From NCBI GenBank assembly GCA_025786725.1, contig JAHLTZ010000045.1, positions 62,001-126,000 of the forward strand: a DNA stretch of 64,000 bases, written 5' to 3'. Shown one piece after another: positions 38,156 to 49,209 of the stretch (the stretch's first letter is position 1; every line of letters starts with the position of its first letter). The position numbers and the translations under genes were made by a program. Source of the DNA: Syncephalis fuscata S228. Lineage: Eukaryota; Fungi; Zoopagomycota. The notes below the pieces were generated by a model that saw only the letters and a list, made by a program, of their open reading frames with translations, had not been told where the DNA came from and did not search any database.

Positions 38156-39001
38156 TACTAAAAAAAGAGCAAATTGATATGCATCTATTACGGCATAGAC
38201 CTTTATTAAAAAATTGCAATGTCACATTGATAAGCAGATTATTACACTGTGTATAAAATAGTACAACGTTATAAATGATGCATTACATTTGTCGACAAGA
38301 AAATTAATATTTTTGAATTCAATCGTCATTGCAATAAATTATTATGCCACTAGATTTATTTACACTTCGATCTCTTATACATGTTGTATTTTCCTATTGT
38401 ATTGGACACTTAATTGTAAGCTAGAACGCAACAAGTACCCCTCTTCTTACATTATGCTTATAATTTTTGTTATTATAAATGAAATACTTTCGCCATATGG
38501 TATGATTTTTATAAGCAGTGTAGTGTCTACATATTTACACTGTATCGATCATAAATCAACATATGATCTAAAAACTTGCCAATCCTTGTCCCTATCAATG
38601 CCACAACACGCCCAGCTGTTAAATGTTATGGAATCTTACGGTATTTAATTTAAATATAACATAGTTCAATTGAAGCGTCTAACACTGTTATTTATTATAG
38701 GTACACGCACCAAAAACTGTTAAAGATCCAATACAAGCTACAGCAGGGCGGACAGTGAAATTGGAACTTGGTATTGGCATTCAAATTATATCTTCCATGT
38801 CAGTCTGGAGCGTATATTGAATCATTATTGGTTCAGTGTTTGTCACAGGTTATTGCTGATAAGCTATAGCTGGTGCTTGTGACTCCAAAGGCAGGCGCTT
38901 GACGTTGGCGTTCACATAAACCAAAACGATTCGTTGCTTCGCTTTTCTTTTTGCTATTATTTCACGCCTTGTCTACAAGATTTATATGTCACAACAACAA
39001 C

Positions 39002-39774
39002 ATGCTTGCCTATTACTATAACGCGGACACCAATGAAGACCAACGTGGTGAGCACCAATATGTGCCTTCACGTCCCGTCACCATTGAACAGCTTAAAAGC
39101 GTCGGTGTGCTTTATTGGCGACTAGATTCCAGGGACCATATGGAAAAACTGGAAACCATTACTAAAGAACGTGCCTATAGCAATCGCGACGAGGTATGCT
39201 TAAATACATCTTATAAATACCAAATACATTAACATTATTATTATTATTATTATTATTATTGATTTCTTTAAGATTGTCATCTCCCCAGATCGTTTGCCAG
39301 ATTACGAGGAAAAGATTAAAATGTTCTTTAAAGAGCAAGTATTATTTATTGATAAACACATAAAATGTTAATCAAGCTATTTCCATTTAGACATTTGCAT
39401 GAAGATGAAGAAATTCGTTTATTCTAGATGGATCAGGTTATTTCGATGTTCGTGATAAAGACGATGAATGGATTCGTATCTATATGGAACGCGGCGACCT
39501 TATTGTGCTACCAGCCGGTATCTATCATCGTTTTACCCTTGATAATACCAACTTTATTCATGCTATGCGCTTGTTTAAAGATGTATGTATTCTAATGCTA
39601 TAATTTATTGGAATACAACTAACACGTGTGTTATTAATTAATAGGAACCAAAATGGACAGCAATTAATCGGTAACTAATATCGTCTGTGCTAATATGATA
39701 CTAATAGATTTAACAGACCTGTAGCTGACGAAAACACTTTTCGTGTAGAGTATTTGCGCACAATTCACACATAG
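39002..39774 (+). CDS. ADI1: Acireductone dioxygenase (methionine salvage), 5 exons
   Basis: Spliced product contains [26 protein letters not shown]...[12 protein letters not shown]...AMRLFKDEPKW. Introns 39194-39272, 39335-39390 (GC-AG), 39583-39644, 39671-39716. Confidence 0.95.
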
Positions 39775-39832
39775 TCGTAATAAATTGTTATTTGTCCTAT
39801 TTCTTTTGCTTTTACTCTATTTGCTTTTCACA

Positions 39833-40822
39833 ATGACTGAACCACAACGTCACTGGACGCAGGAACAGCTTGTTTCCGACGCAGTATCCAAAAAGATATT
39901 GTTACTTGGTTGCATGAACAAGCATCTAACGATGTAAGCTGCTTAAAGACAACATTCTACGTGACGCTTAACTTTGTCCAAGTTTTTAGTATTGCGTAAA
40001 CTTAATGGACAAGTAAAGAACGTAGCAAAGACTCAGAGCAAAGACGCACTGATTGCTGCTTACGAAGCGCTGTTTGTAGAAAAGGCATTTCGGTAAATCA
40101 GCGTACTTTGATTGTCAAGTAAGATCTAACCAGAGATTTGTATCCGCAACAGAGCAACAGACGAAACGCCGGCCGCTAAAGCCAAAAAGGCTGAGCCCAA
40201 ACCCGATACTGCTGCCGCTAATGATGCCGCTGCATCTATCACAGCTGTTGAGGAAGAACAAGGACCTCCCAAATACACCAAAGCCATACTGAAGAAGGGC
40301 GATCGAGTTAACTTTCCTAAAAAAAATGAGCTTGTATCAGTTTGGTAGGTAACGTTATAGCAGCAATAATAATAGATTAAATATTTTATCAATCATTGTA
40401 ATATCTATCACTATTATTTGTTATTAATATAGGTATAAAGGCACATTAGAGAATGGCACAGTATTTGACACAAATACAGAAAAGAAGCGAGGAAAAAAGC
40501 CTATTCCATTGAAGTTTAAAGGTTTGTAACGCTTCTGTCTTAATATACAATTTAGAATTAACACACCACACAACCATCCAGTTGGTACAGGCCGTGTCAT
40601 TCGCGGATGGGATGAAGCATTGCTTACAATGTCCAAGGGCGAAAAGGCTCAATTAACCATCGAACCTGAATGGGCTTATGGCAAAAAGGGTGCGCCTGAT
40701 GCAGGGTAAGTTACATTTAATATAAAACGTAAAAATATCTTATATTGTTGTATACTTGTGTTTGTAGCATTGGTCCAAATCAACGGCTTATTTTTGAAGT
40801 AGAACTAGTTTCTATTGAATAA
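39833..40822 (+). CDS. FKBP3: FKBP25/FKBP3-like peptidyl-prolyl isomerase (N-terminal helical-bundle domain plus FKBP domain), 6 exons
   Basis: WTQEQL..SKKDIV..KLNGQVKNVAKT..DALIAAY; GPPKYTKAILKKGDRVNFPKK..WYKGTLENGTVFDTN..VGTGRVIRGWDEALLTMSKGEKA..PEWAYGKKG..LIFEVEL. One A is missing in the run at ~39890 (apparent frameshift). Confidence 0.88.
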
Positions 40823-40935
40823 TGCTAATAACGCTTTTATTTCAACTAATAAAAAACATTTACCATTTACTTTTTACTTTTTATTTTTTATTTCACGTCG
40901 TATCATTTTAAACTAAATACATTCTACTTAACACA

Positions 40936-42310
40936 ATGAATCAGCCACAGAAGCGTCGTCCTTTGGGATTGAAAAAGGCGTCAGAAAGTAAAAAAGCCAA
41001 GCAGGCTGAAGAGAACCAGGAAGAACAGACGGTGTGGCTGCAAGGCGGTGAAGAAGCCGACGACGAAGTGAGTGAAGCAGCGGTTCTTTTGAAAAATGCT
41101 GTTGCAATGTTAGGTAGGTTCGACTATAGTTTGTTAAATAGCTTTATAGTAACTATTTTATAATTATTCATATACGATAGCGGATGACCCAGATAGAGCA
41201 CAACTACTATTGCAAGGCACAGTCCATGAATGTGATCGTATTTTAAGAAACACAACGGATGCATCCCCACTTCCAGGTCGTTTCTATGCCACCTATGCAC
41301 TGGCGCTGTGTGAACTTGGAGAGCTGTGCGCCAGTGACTCAATCGAAGAGTCCATTGGTTTCTTACAATTGGCGGATGATTTTGCGCAACAAGGGCAAGA
41401 TATGACCGAGAACCAAGATACAGTGGATATCTATGAAACGTGTATTGCTAGTGGGCGTGTATCGCTTTCTCAAGTAAGCTAAATTGAAAATAAAACCATT
41501 GCAGATAGCTCACTAAATGTATAGGCACGTATAATTCTTTATCAAGCTGAACAGGAAAATGAACAGGGTTCAAATGATACGATTCCAGATGAACAATTGA
41601 ATAATATTGACCAACTAGTTCAAAAAGCACATCAATACTTTACACAAGCCATAGAAGTAAAGGCTAAAACAAAAGATACGAATCCAACCGACTATACTGA
41701 TGCAATACAACTAGCTGGTAGTCTACTGCAAACTCACGCAGACTTGCGAGATGATTGGAAAGGTCGCAATCAATGGAATACTTTGGCAATTACGCTATTT
41801 AAGACCATTGGTAAGCCAAGCTTATAAGTATTTATTTGATTAATATAACCATTCAATAGAAACGAGTGAGGGTACAGCCTTAATTTGTCAAAGTATAGGT
41901 GCAGCATTTATGTCACAAGCAAACTGGTGGCTAGAACGTCAAGACGACGACGATGAAGACGATGAAGACGATGAAGCCGCTAGTGATAAAGACAAGTCAG
42001 ATGTTGGTAAAATAGTTGAATTACTTCATAAAGCCGAAGCGAACTTTACACAAGCCAAACAATGGGCCGAAAAAGTCCAGAATCCATAACAACTGGCTCT
42101 ATACTTGTACAATTGGCAGAATGTAGCATTAATCTTGGCAATGTTGCGGATACTGAAAATGATGAAGCAGCATGCTACACACGTGCAGCTGAATATCTTC
42201 AACAAGCCATTGGTTCTGGATATTCTTTACCAGAACAACTATCTGCATTCCTAAAAGAATGGAATATGGATAGTGGTGATGATGATGATGATGAAAGTAT
42301 GAGTGAATAA
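40936..42310 (+). CDS. ETT1: Ett1/Nro1-family protein (enhancer of translation termination), ~4 exons
   Basis: N-terminal KRRPLGLKK and LQGTVHECDRILRN motifs typical of Ett1/Nro1; GT-AG introns near 41113, 41474 and 41811. Confidence 0.75.
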
Positions 42311-42760
42311 ACCATTTTTATCATATTAATTGACTATTTTCATTTATTTATTTCAATATACATTATGTATTGTAATTTAGCTAATTTTCTTTTTTATTTC
42401 TATATTATATTATATATTATTTTGGTATTTTTATTTAATTTACATCTTTTATTTATGTTTAAACAATAAAAAACAGTTTTTACATGGCGACTAACCTTGA
42501 TAACATAAATTTAGTTGCTGTTATCTTTATGCCACTAGATAGTTAATACTAGTGTATAATAAGGTTAACTTAGATAATAAATTCATAATAACTATAAGCA
42601 GACCTTTTCCAGATATGGATTAAGTAGACTATGGCCAATGTTCCGTGTTTATCGCTTGCCATCACACTTACACACTTCGTCATCACTCATTACTACTCTT
42701 TTACCTTACTACTTTTGCGTGGTTTATTCTTTACTAGCGTCGGTCGACTTCATCCACACG

Positions 42761-44409
42761 ATGGATGCATCTAAAACTTTAGTTGTTGATAATGGTACTG
42801 GTGTAAGTGCTAACCTACATACTTTAACGACATTGGTTAACACGTCTATACGTGCATACACGCACCACCTACTACGCCCTGCTTGTTTCGAGCTAGTTTG
42901 CCAAGGTAGGCTATGCCGGCTCTAACTTTCCCGAATTCGTCTTTCCGTCTGTCGTGGGCCGTCCTATTATTCGTGCTGAAGAGAAAATTGGCAATGTCGA
43001 GGTGAAGGATATTATGGTGGGCGATGAAGCTGCCGCCTTGCGTAGTATTCTCCAAATGTCATATCCAATGGAAAATGGCATTGTTAAGAACTGGGAAGAT
43101 ATGTGCCATGTATGGGATTATACATTTAATGAAAAACTACGTATCGACCCAAAGGATAGTAAGATTTTATTGACCGAACCACCAATGAACCCGCTAAAGA
43201 ATCGCGAGAAAATGGCCGAGGTTATGTTTGAAGAGTATGGATTCCAGGGCATTTATGTGGCAATTCAAGCTGTATTGACCCTTTATGCTCAAGGTAAGCC
43301 ATTAGATAATGGCATTAATTGTGATCTTGTTCTAATAATAACAATTAAGGTTTATTAACGGGTGTGGTAATTGACTCTGGTGATGGTGTGACGCATATTG
43401 TGCCGGTCTACGATGGATTTTCTATGCCGCATCTTACGCGGCGACTTGATGTAGCGGGAAGAAGCGTAACACGCTATTTGATTAAGCTGCTATTGTTGCG
43501 CGGATATGCCTTTAATCGAACGGCTGATTTCGAAACTGTTCGTCAAATTAAGGAGAAGTTATGCTATGTTAGGTGAGTAACATAGAAAATAAATAAACAA
43601 ATAAATAAGCTATAGCATCAACGAACTACTTTATCTAGTTACGATCTTGACCTTGATCAAAAGCTGGCCAACGAAACTACTGTACTAGTAGAGAATTACA
43701 CAGTAAGTTTATCTATGTTGTTATTTATATATAAATACTAAATATGGGTATAGCTGCCAGATGGTCGAGTTATTAAAGTTGGATCTGAGCGATTTGAAGC
43801 ACCTGAATGTTTGTTCCAACCTGAACTAGTTGATATCGAATCAGTGGGCATGGCCGGTAAGTCAATTGTAACAAATAGGGGACATAATTATAATAACTGT
43901 ATATAATATATAATACAGAGCTATTGTATAACACCATTCAAACTGCCGATATTGATATTCGATCTGAATTGTATAAGCATATTGTTCTTTCTGGGGGTTC
44001 TACAATGTATCCAGGTCTACCCAGTCGATTAGAAAAGGAAATTAAACAACTATATCTTACTCGTACACTTGATGGAGATATTGAGCGTCTTAAAGTAGGT
44101 TATTTATATATATATATATATATAGAACGAGTATATTGATTAATATGATGTCATGATCATTTTTTTACTTATTAGAAATTCAAGGTACATATTGAAGATC
44201 CACCACGTCGTAAACATATGGTATTCCTTGGTGGTGCCGTATTAGCCGATATTATGAAAGATAAAGATACTTTTTGGGTTACGCGACAGGAATGGCAGGA
44301 ACAAGGGATACGAGCACTGGTAAGCACAAAAGCAATCAATAATAATAACAACAATACAATTAACACAATGAATACAATTTTTTAGGATAAACTCAGTCAC
44401 AAAGCTTAA
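42761..44409 (+). CDS. ARP2: Actin-related protein 2 (Arp2/3 complex), multi-exon
   Basis: [32 protein letters not shown]; [40 protein letters not shown]; [21 protein letters not shown]; [23 protein letters not shown]. Confidence 0.97.
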
Positions 44410-44609
44410 TTAATATGGTTATCATTATCCTAACTGCCACTAATACTAATGGTATTAACAACAGTAACATTAGTCAAGGTAAATGTGGATCATGCCAGTT
44501 GTCCACTCATCACTCATCATTATCATCCGTAGAGCGAATAAAGTGCTTTCAAATTATTTCATATAAATTGGATTTATAAATAATCTATTAGTATTCTGGA
44601 GATACTTCC

Positions 44610-45998
44610 CTTTGAGTCCCTATCCTTAAAACGGGACAAAAAATTCATAGCTTGAACAATAAACCGTCAATCAGTTTTTACTACTGAGAAGTGGTTTGTT
44701 GTAGTGCTACATCAACTCCAATTAAATTAATTAGAAAATTAATCAACACAATTTCCAATATCCGATATCAGTGTTAATAAATGTTAAATAGTATTTCATG
44801 TTACTTACAATAGAATATTACATTTAATTATGATGTTGATGCAACAGTGTCAGTTTGATTTCTTATACTAATAGATGGTAAGAAATCAGAAGGCCTTGGT
44901 TCACCACTGGCCATTGTACTGAATATACTGTGCATGTTTCTGCTGGCATTAACATCGCACTATTTATTCATTCATATAAACTATTGGTCTATTGCTTCAT
45001 CGTCTAGAATATGACTATGTTTCATTATTTTAATAACGACGCTTTCTATGGCTACACTTGTCTTTAAGAAACATTGGCTTTGATTGTATTTCCTACTACA
45101 CTCAGTAATTTATTGGTAGTATGTTTTATAGCAACAACTTTAGTATTAAATGGCTTTAATGTTTCTATTGTACTTTGACTCCCGCATTTTATTTATCCAT
45201 TTCGTCATCTTTTCCTATCGCTATCTTGTTGTTCTATTCAGTAATATATTATGTGATAATGTTGAATATAACAATATAAATAGCATGCGTATTTGAGCAT
45301 CAATAAAAATGTTATTCAATTTCTGGTTTTTATTTCTCTTATTTCACATTAACATTTGTTCAAGTAGCATCAACGGCATGCCGTATATTCTGGTTACAAC
45401 TGCCGCCACAAGATATTCATGGTGAAGACACTCAATCTATCATTATTGCATATGGTGGAGGTAATTTGCTTGATCAATGGTCGACAAATAAACTGCGCCT
45501 ACCAAGTTGATATCAAAAATGCTCAAGAAAATGGTGAACATCAGAAATGCTAATTATTCTACCTTTTGTCACCATAGGCGAGTATCTTACAGCGTAAATG
45601 TGCCCAAAATGCAACATTAGAAGATTGTAAAATAGAACAGACCATTTAGATGCAAGAAACCACACTGTGCATAGTAACAACAATAACAGCTGCGGAACGA
45701 TATGGAATTGCAATCAATGGCTTTTATTAATATTTGATCAACCTTTCTACACATGGCCAACAACAACAATGATCAACCTCAAACATTTCAATGGAATCAA
45801 ATAGTATGTTACATTATTTATTTAAATGTTTAAAATAGCAGCTAGTGATACAATGCTCCGTTACATTTTATTTTATGAAAATGGTAATGTAATGTACTAA
45901 CATTAGTGTTTATTGTAGATGGTCATTTAAACGTAATTCAACTATTCAAATCATTACAATTGATTGAGTAAAAAGATTTGCTGCTTTGGGGATTAGAG
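44610..45998 (+). mobile_element. Decayed ~1.4-kb element of the same family, carrying a Fanzor remnant
   Basis: Left end CTTTGAGTCCC...AATAAACCGTCAATCA homologous to 37205 onward. Right end ...AAAAGATTTGCTGCTTTGGGGATTAGAG|TA homologous to 37920-37953. The Fanzor remnant lies just inside the right end. Confidence 0.65.
45436..45800 (+). pseudogene. Decayed Fanzor C-terminal region (RuvC-II, Zn finger, RuvC-III) with stops and frameshifts
   Basis: IIAYGGGN / SMVDK*TAPTKLISKMLKK / VTIGEYLTA*MCPKC / SCGTIWN / MAFINI*STFLHMANNNNDQPQTFQ. The motif order matches the fungal Fanzor1 pattern AYGD..G..APTK..IDEYLTSQ.C..C...C...WNRD.MA..NI...RP..F. Confidence 0.75.
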
Positions 45999-46504
45999 TA
46001 GATAGTCAATCAATAATAAATTTAAATTTAAATATCAAGTGAAAACGAAAAGTGTAATAAAATGAGTTCAAATGACAAATAATAATTTAAATATAAATAA
46101 ATTTAATCGACTTGTCAATTGTTCAAGTCTTTATAGTTAATCTCGTAAAATAAGCAATTTATTTGGCATTTTTGACAAACTTAATGTTCAGTTAATAAAT
46201 AAATAAATAAAGGTTACTTTGTTGTAATTTGTTACGTTTATGCAATAAAAATAGTAATTACATTAATTTAAGAATTGGTCAGGGTAGTCAGGGATTGAAA
46301 AAAGCTTAAATATTTTATTGATAATATTAGATGTCTTCTTATGTAGTGTTTTCTATGTAATGCCATATCAACACTTGGAACATTTAGTAGGTGAATTCTG
46401 CATTTTTATAATACAAAGAGCTGTATAATCATAATGATTATATTTTATGACACACTTTTTAAAAGCTGTGAAGTATGAATAATTATTTATATATAATTAA
46501 ATAG

Positions 46505-47015
46505 TGATCCACCAAGAGAGAAAGAAGGATGGTGTCCAGCAAGATTACAAACAGCTGACAAAATGCCACTTATTGTATTCAGCGATGCAGTGTTTGACAA
46601 GCAGAGCAATGTATACAAGGGCCATCGATCTGCTGTTGTCAACAGGTGCTGGCAAATGTTGAAACGACGAGAGCATCGTGGAGACCTTGTTGCCATTAAG
46701 ATTGATGAGAATCTTTCTCTCAGGTAAGTATTTAATATAATCACTATTTTATTTAACAATTTAACAATTTAATAGATTTGTCATGTCTGTAAGGAAAAAA
46801 GTCTGATAGAAAAGATTGCTGTAAATGGTCATACCCATCACACCACCTTAGTCTGCCAAAACTGCCAGGTGGTGTGGAATCGGTATGTCATGGCAAGCAA
46901 AAATGTTTTCCATATCGCCGAATCAATCTGGGATGGAAATGGCAGACCAGCTGAGTTTGCCAGACCATCTCAGGCCAGTACAATCATTGCAGAGAACGCG
47001 GGTTCGTCTCAATGA
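46505..47015 (+). pseudogene. Fanzor (eukaryotic TnpB) C-terminal fragment with a spliceosomal intron (46724-46775)
   Basis: MPLIVFSDAVF..KGHRSAVVNRCWQMLKRRE..LVAIKIDENLS(S)Q | ICHVC...LVCQNCQVVWNRYVMASKNVFHIAESIWDGNGRPAEFAR...*. Intact CxxC...CxxC. The WNRD aspartate reads Tyr (46884). One base is missing before the donor; no N-terminal part found. Confidence 0.85.
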
Positions 47016-47034
47016 GACTTTTCAGATTTTAAAC

Positions 47035-47230
47035 GTAAGTTTTATTCAAATGTTTAAAATAGCAACTACTAATACAATGTTCTGTTACGTTTAATTATAT
47101 TTTATGGAAATGATACTGTTATTACACTACATTAATGTTTATTATAAATAATGATTTGAACACAAATTAATCGAATCAAATTACTACGATCGATTGCGTA
47201 AAATGATTTGCTACCCCAGGGGGATTAACA
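47035..47230 (+). repeat. Conserved right end of the Fanzor-bearing element (candidate omegaRNA scaffold region)
   Basis: Colinear similarity to 37762-37951 and 45826-45998 (ATGTTTAAAATA...TTTTATGGAAATGATA...ATGATTT...TGCGTAAAA.GATTTGCT), directly downstream of the Fanzor stop. Confidence 0.7.
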
Positions 47231-47510
47231 TACAATTCAGTCAATATTTTATCGGCATTAATGGCATGAAATCTAACCGAATTCAGACCGGATGTTTATT
47301 AATTTTATTTCACAATATTAATAACACCTTCTTTCCTTTACTTTTTCTCCTTCTTGGCTATTCTTTCTTTCTTTCTCTTCTCATCTACCACTTTTGTTTT
47401 CAGATTTAACATCTACAATCAACTAGCATCTACAGAGTGCCGTTTTTATTGCTTTTGGTCGATAGAACGCACACCCACAAATATAAACATACAAAAAGTA
47501 TAATTATATC

Positions 47511-48256
47511 ATGCTTATCCAATATTGTCGTCCACGTCGACCTTTATTATGGCTATTTGTCATTACAGTAACTATTCTACTTATTGTGACCATTGTGTCA
47601 CTTAGTAGCCGTTCAAATAGTTCTATTGACCATTTCTCCAACTATCAGCAAGACCCGGCTGTTTCATCCGGCTGGTTTAGTGGTATCGATCTAGCTACAG
47701 GGAATGATTTCTGGTCACCAGCCATGACATCTGCTAATATAGGTGGTGGTGTTATTATGAGCGAGTTGGGTAATGCAACCATACGGTAAGTCAATAGAGT
47801 TGCATACTAAAGAGTTAATTAGTATAATCTAATACATGATTTATATTATTAATGTTATCAATATTACTATAGAGCTGAATTGGGACAATCAGCTGGCGTG
47901 TACTGCACACTATGGCATCTCGATTCCCCAAGCAGCCCACTGAAGATGAAAAGGGAGCACTACGCTCTTTTATCTATTTATTCGCTCGTCTTTATCCGTG
48001 TGGTCAATGTGCTAAGCATTTTCAACTCGTACTTAAGGAGCACCCGCCTGTAGTTGAGTCGCGATCAGAAGTGGCACAATGGGCCTGTAAAGTACATAAT
48101 GTCGTCAATAAGCGACTTGATAAACCAGTATTTGACTGCAGCACCGTTGAAACCCATTGGAAGTGTGGCTGTGCCGACGCAGATGGCGAAGACGGCAATG
48201 ATAATGAGACATCAACTGAGAAGAAGACAGTATCTGCAGTAGCAGCATTACTATAG
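47511..48256 (+). CDS. ERV2: Erv2-like FAD-linked sulfhydryl oxidase, 2 exons
   Basis: N-terminal membrane anchor; IMSELGNATIRAELG..WRVLHTMASRFP..YPCGQCAKHF..WACKVHNVVNKRLDKPVFDC..WKCGC. Intron 47786-47872; one base missing near 47890. Confidence 0.92.
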
Positions 48257-48382
48257 TATTATTTTGTATCTGCTTAGTGCACTTTTCTCTACAAGCCATT
48301 ATTTTATATTTTAATTTGTTTCTATATTACTGGAAATCTTTTAATTACTTTTATTATGTTTCTTATTATAATGGATGCATAT

Positions 48383-49209
48383 TTATTGAAATAGATTCCA
48401 ATTGATAATGTTAAACGACGATAAAAGCGTTTTAATATGCGTTTCGCCGGCCATTGCTGATGTATTAGCATCAATAGGACTGCTGTTATTGTTGTTGGAT
48501 TGTTGATTTATCGCACGACTACTACTTGTTGATCCAATGGCCACAGGTACATTGACAGTAACTAATATCTCGGTAGAGATGTGCCGTAGTCGAAGAACGG
48601 CCATAAAAATATCTACAGTATTTAAGGACGTACTTGTTTTTTCGCGGAATTTAGCCACTTGTTGCTGGCCAGCAAGTAAATAGCCGACGGTATCCGAACT
48701 ATATAGCGTTGTTACGTCATCAGTAGCGCATTGTTATTCAATAAATAGTATCGTATATGTGTCTTGGTCATTAATGACTATTTCTATTCAGTATACTTAC
48801 GGAAGATGTGGTAGATCAGCTGTTGTTAATGATACTAAATTAATAATTTGTGTTTCTGGTGATTCATTATGTTGGGCAATTTGTTCAAAATGAAATCTAT
48901 TAAATATTAAATGTTAATTAAAGTAAAATTAATATGGTTTATAATTAATTACTTGGCACACTCATTATCTGGGACATCTTCATCTAATTCAAGCAACTCA
49001 ACAATAATGCTTTCTTCTGTTTCGGTAGCTGCAAAAACCTCTTGGTTATCAGGCACTTCACGAAATTGACTAGTTAGTAAAAATTAGTATTTGTATAATA
49101 AATAATCATTATTCTATTCTATTTACTACCTAACGTCACTAAAAGTACTGGGAATGACCGCTTCGATAGCCCCACCAAATAAAGCACGTTTTATTACAGC
49201 GTCTGTCAT
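48383..49209 (-). CDS. MOG1: Ran guanine nucleotide release factor Mog1, 4 exons
   Basis: RALFGGAIEAVIP..FSDVSQFREVPDNQEVF..ESIIVELLE..FHFEQIA..GQQQVAKF..AVLRL..TEILVTVNVP..INWNLF. Confidence 0.9.

Noticed and set aside
38289-38648. 119-aa ORF (also 2940-3143 and 47194-47409)
   Set aside because: Non-ATG starts and Ile/Tyr/Phe-rich translations typical of chance ORFs in AT-rich DNA.
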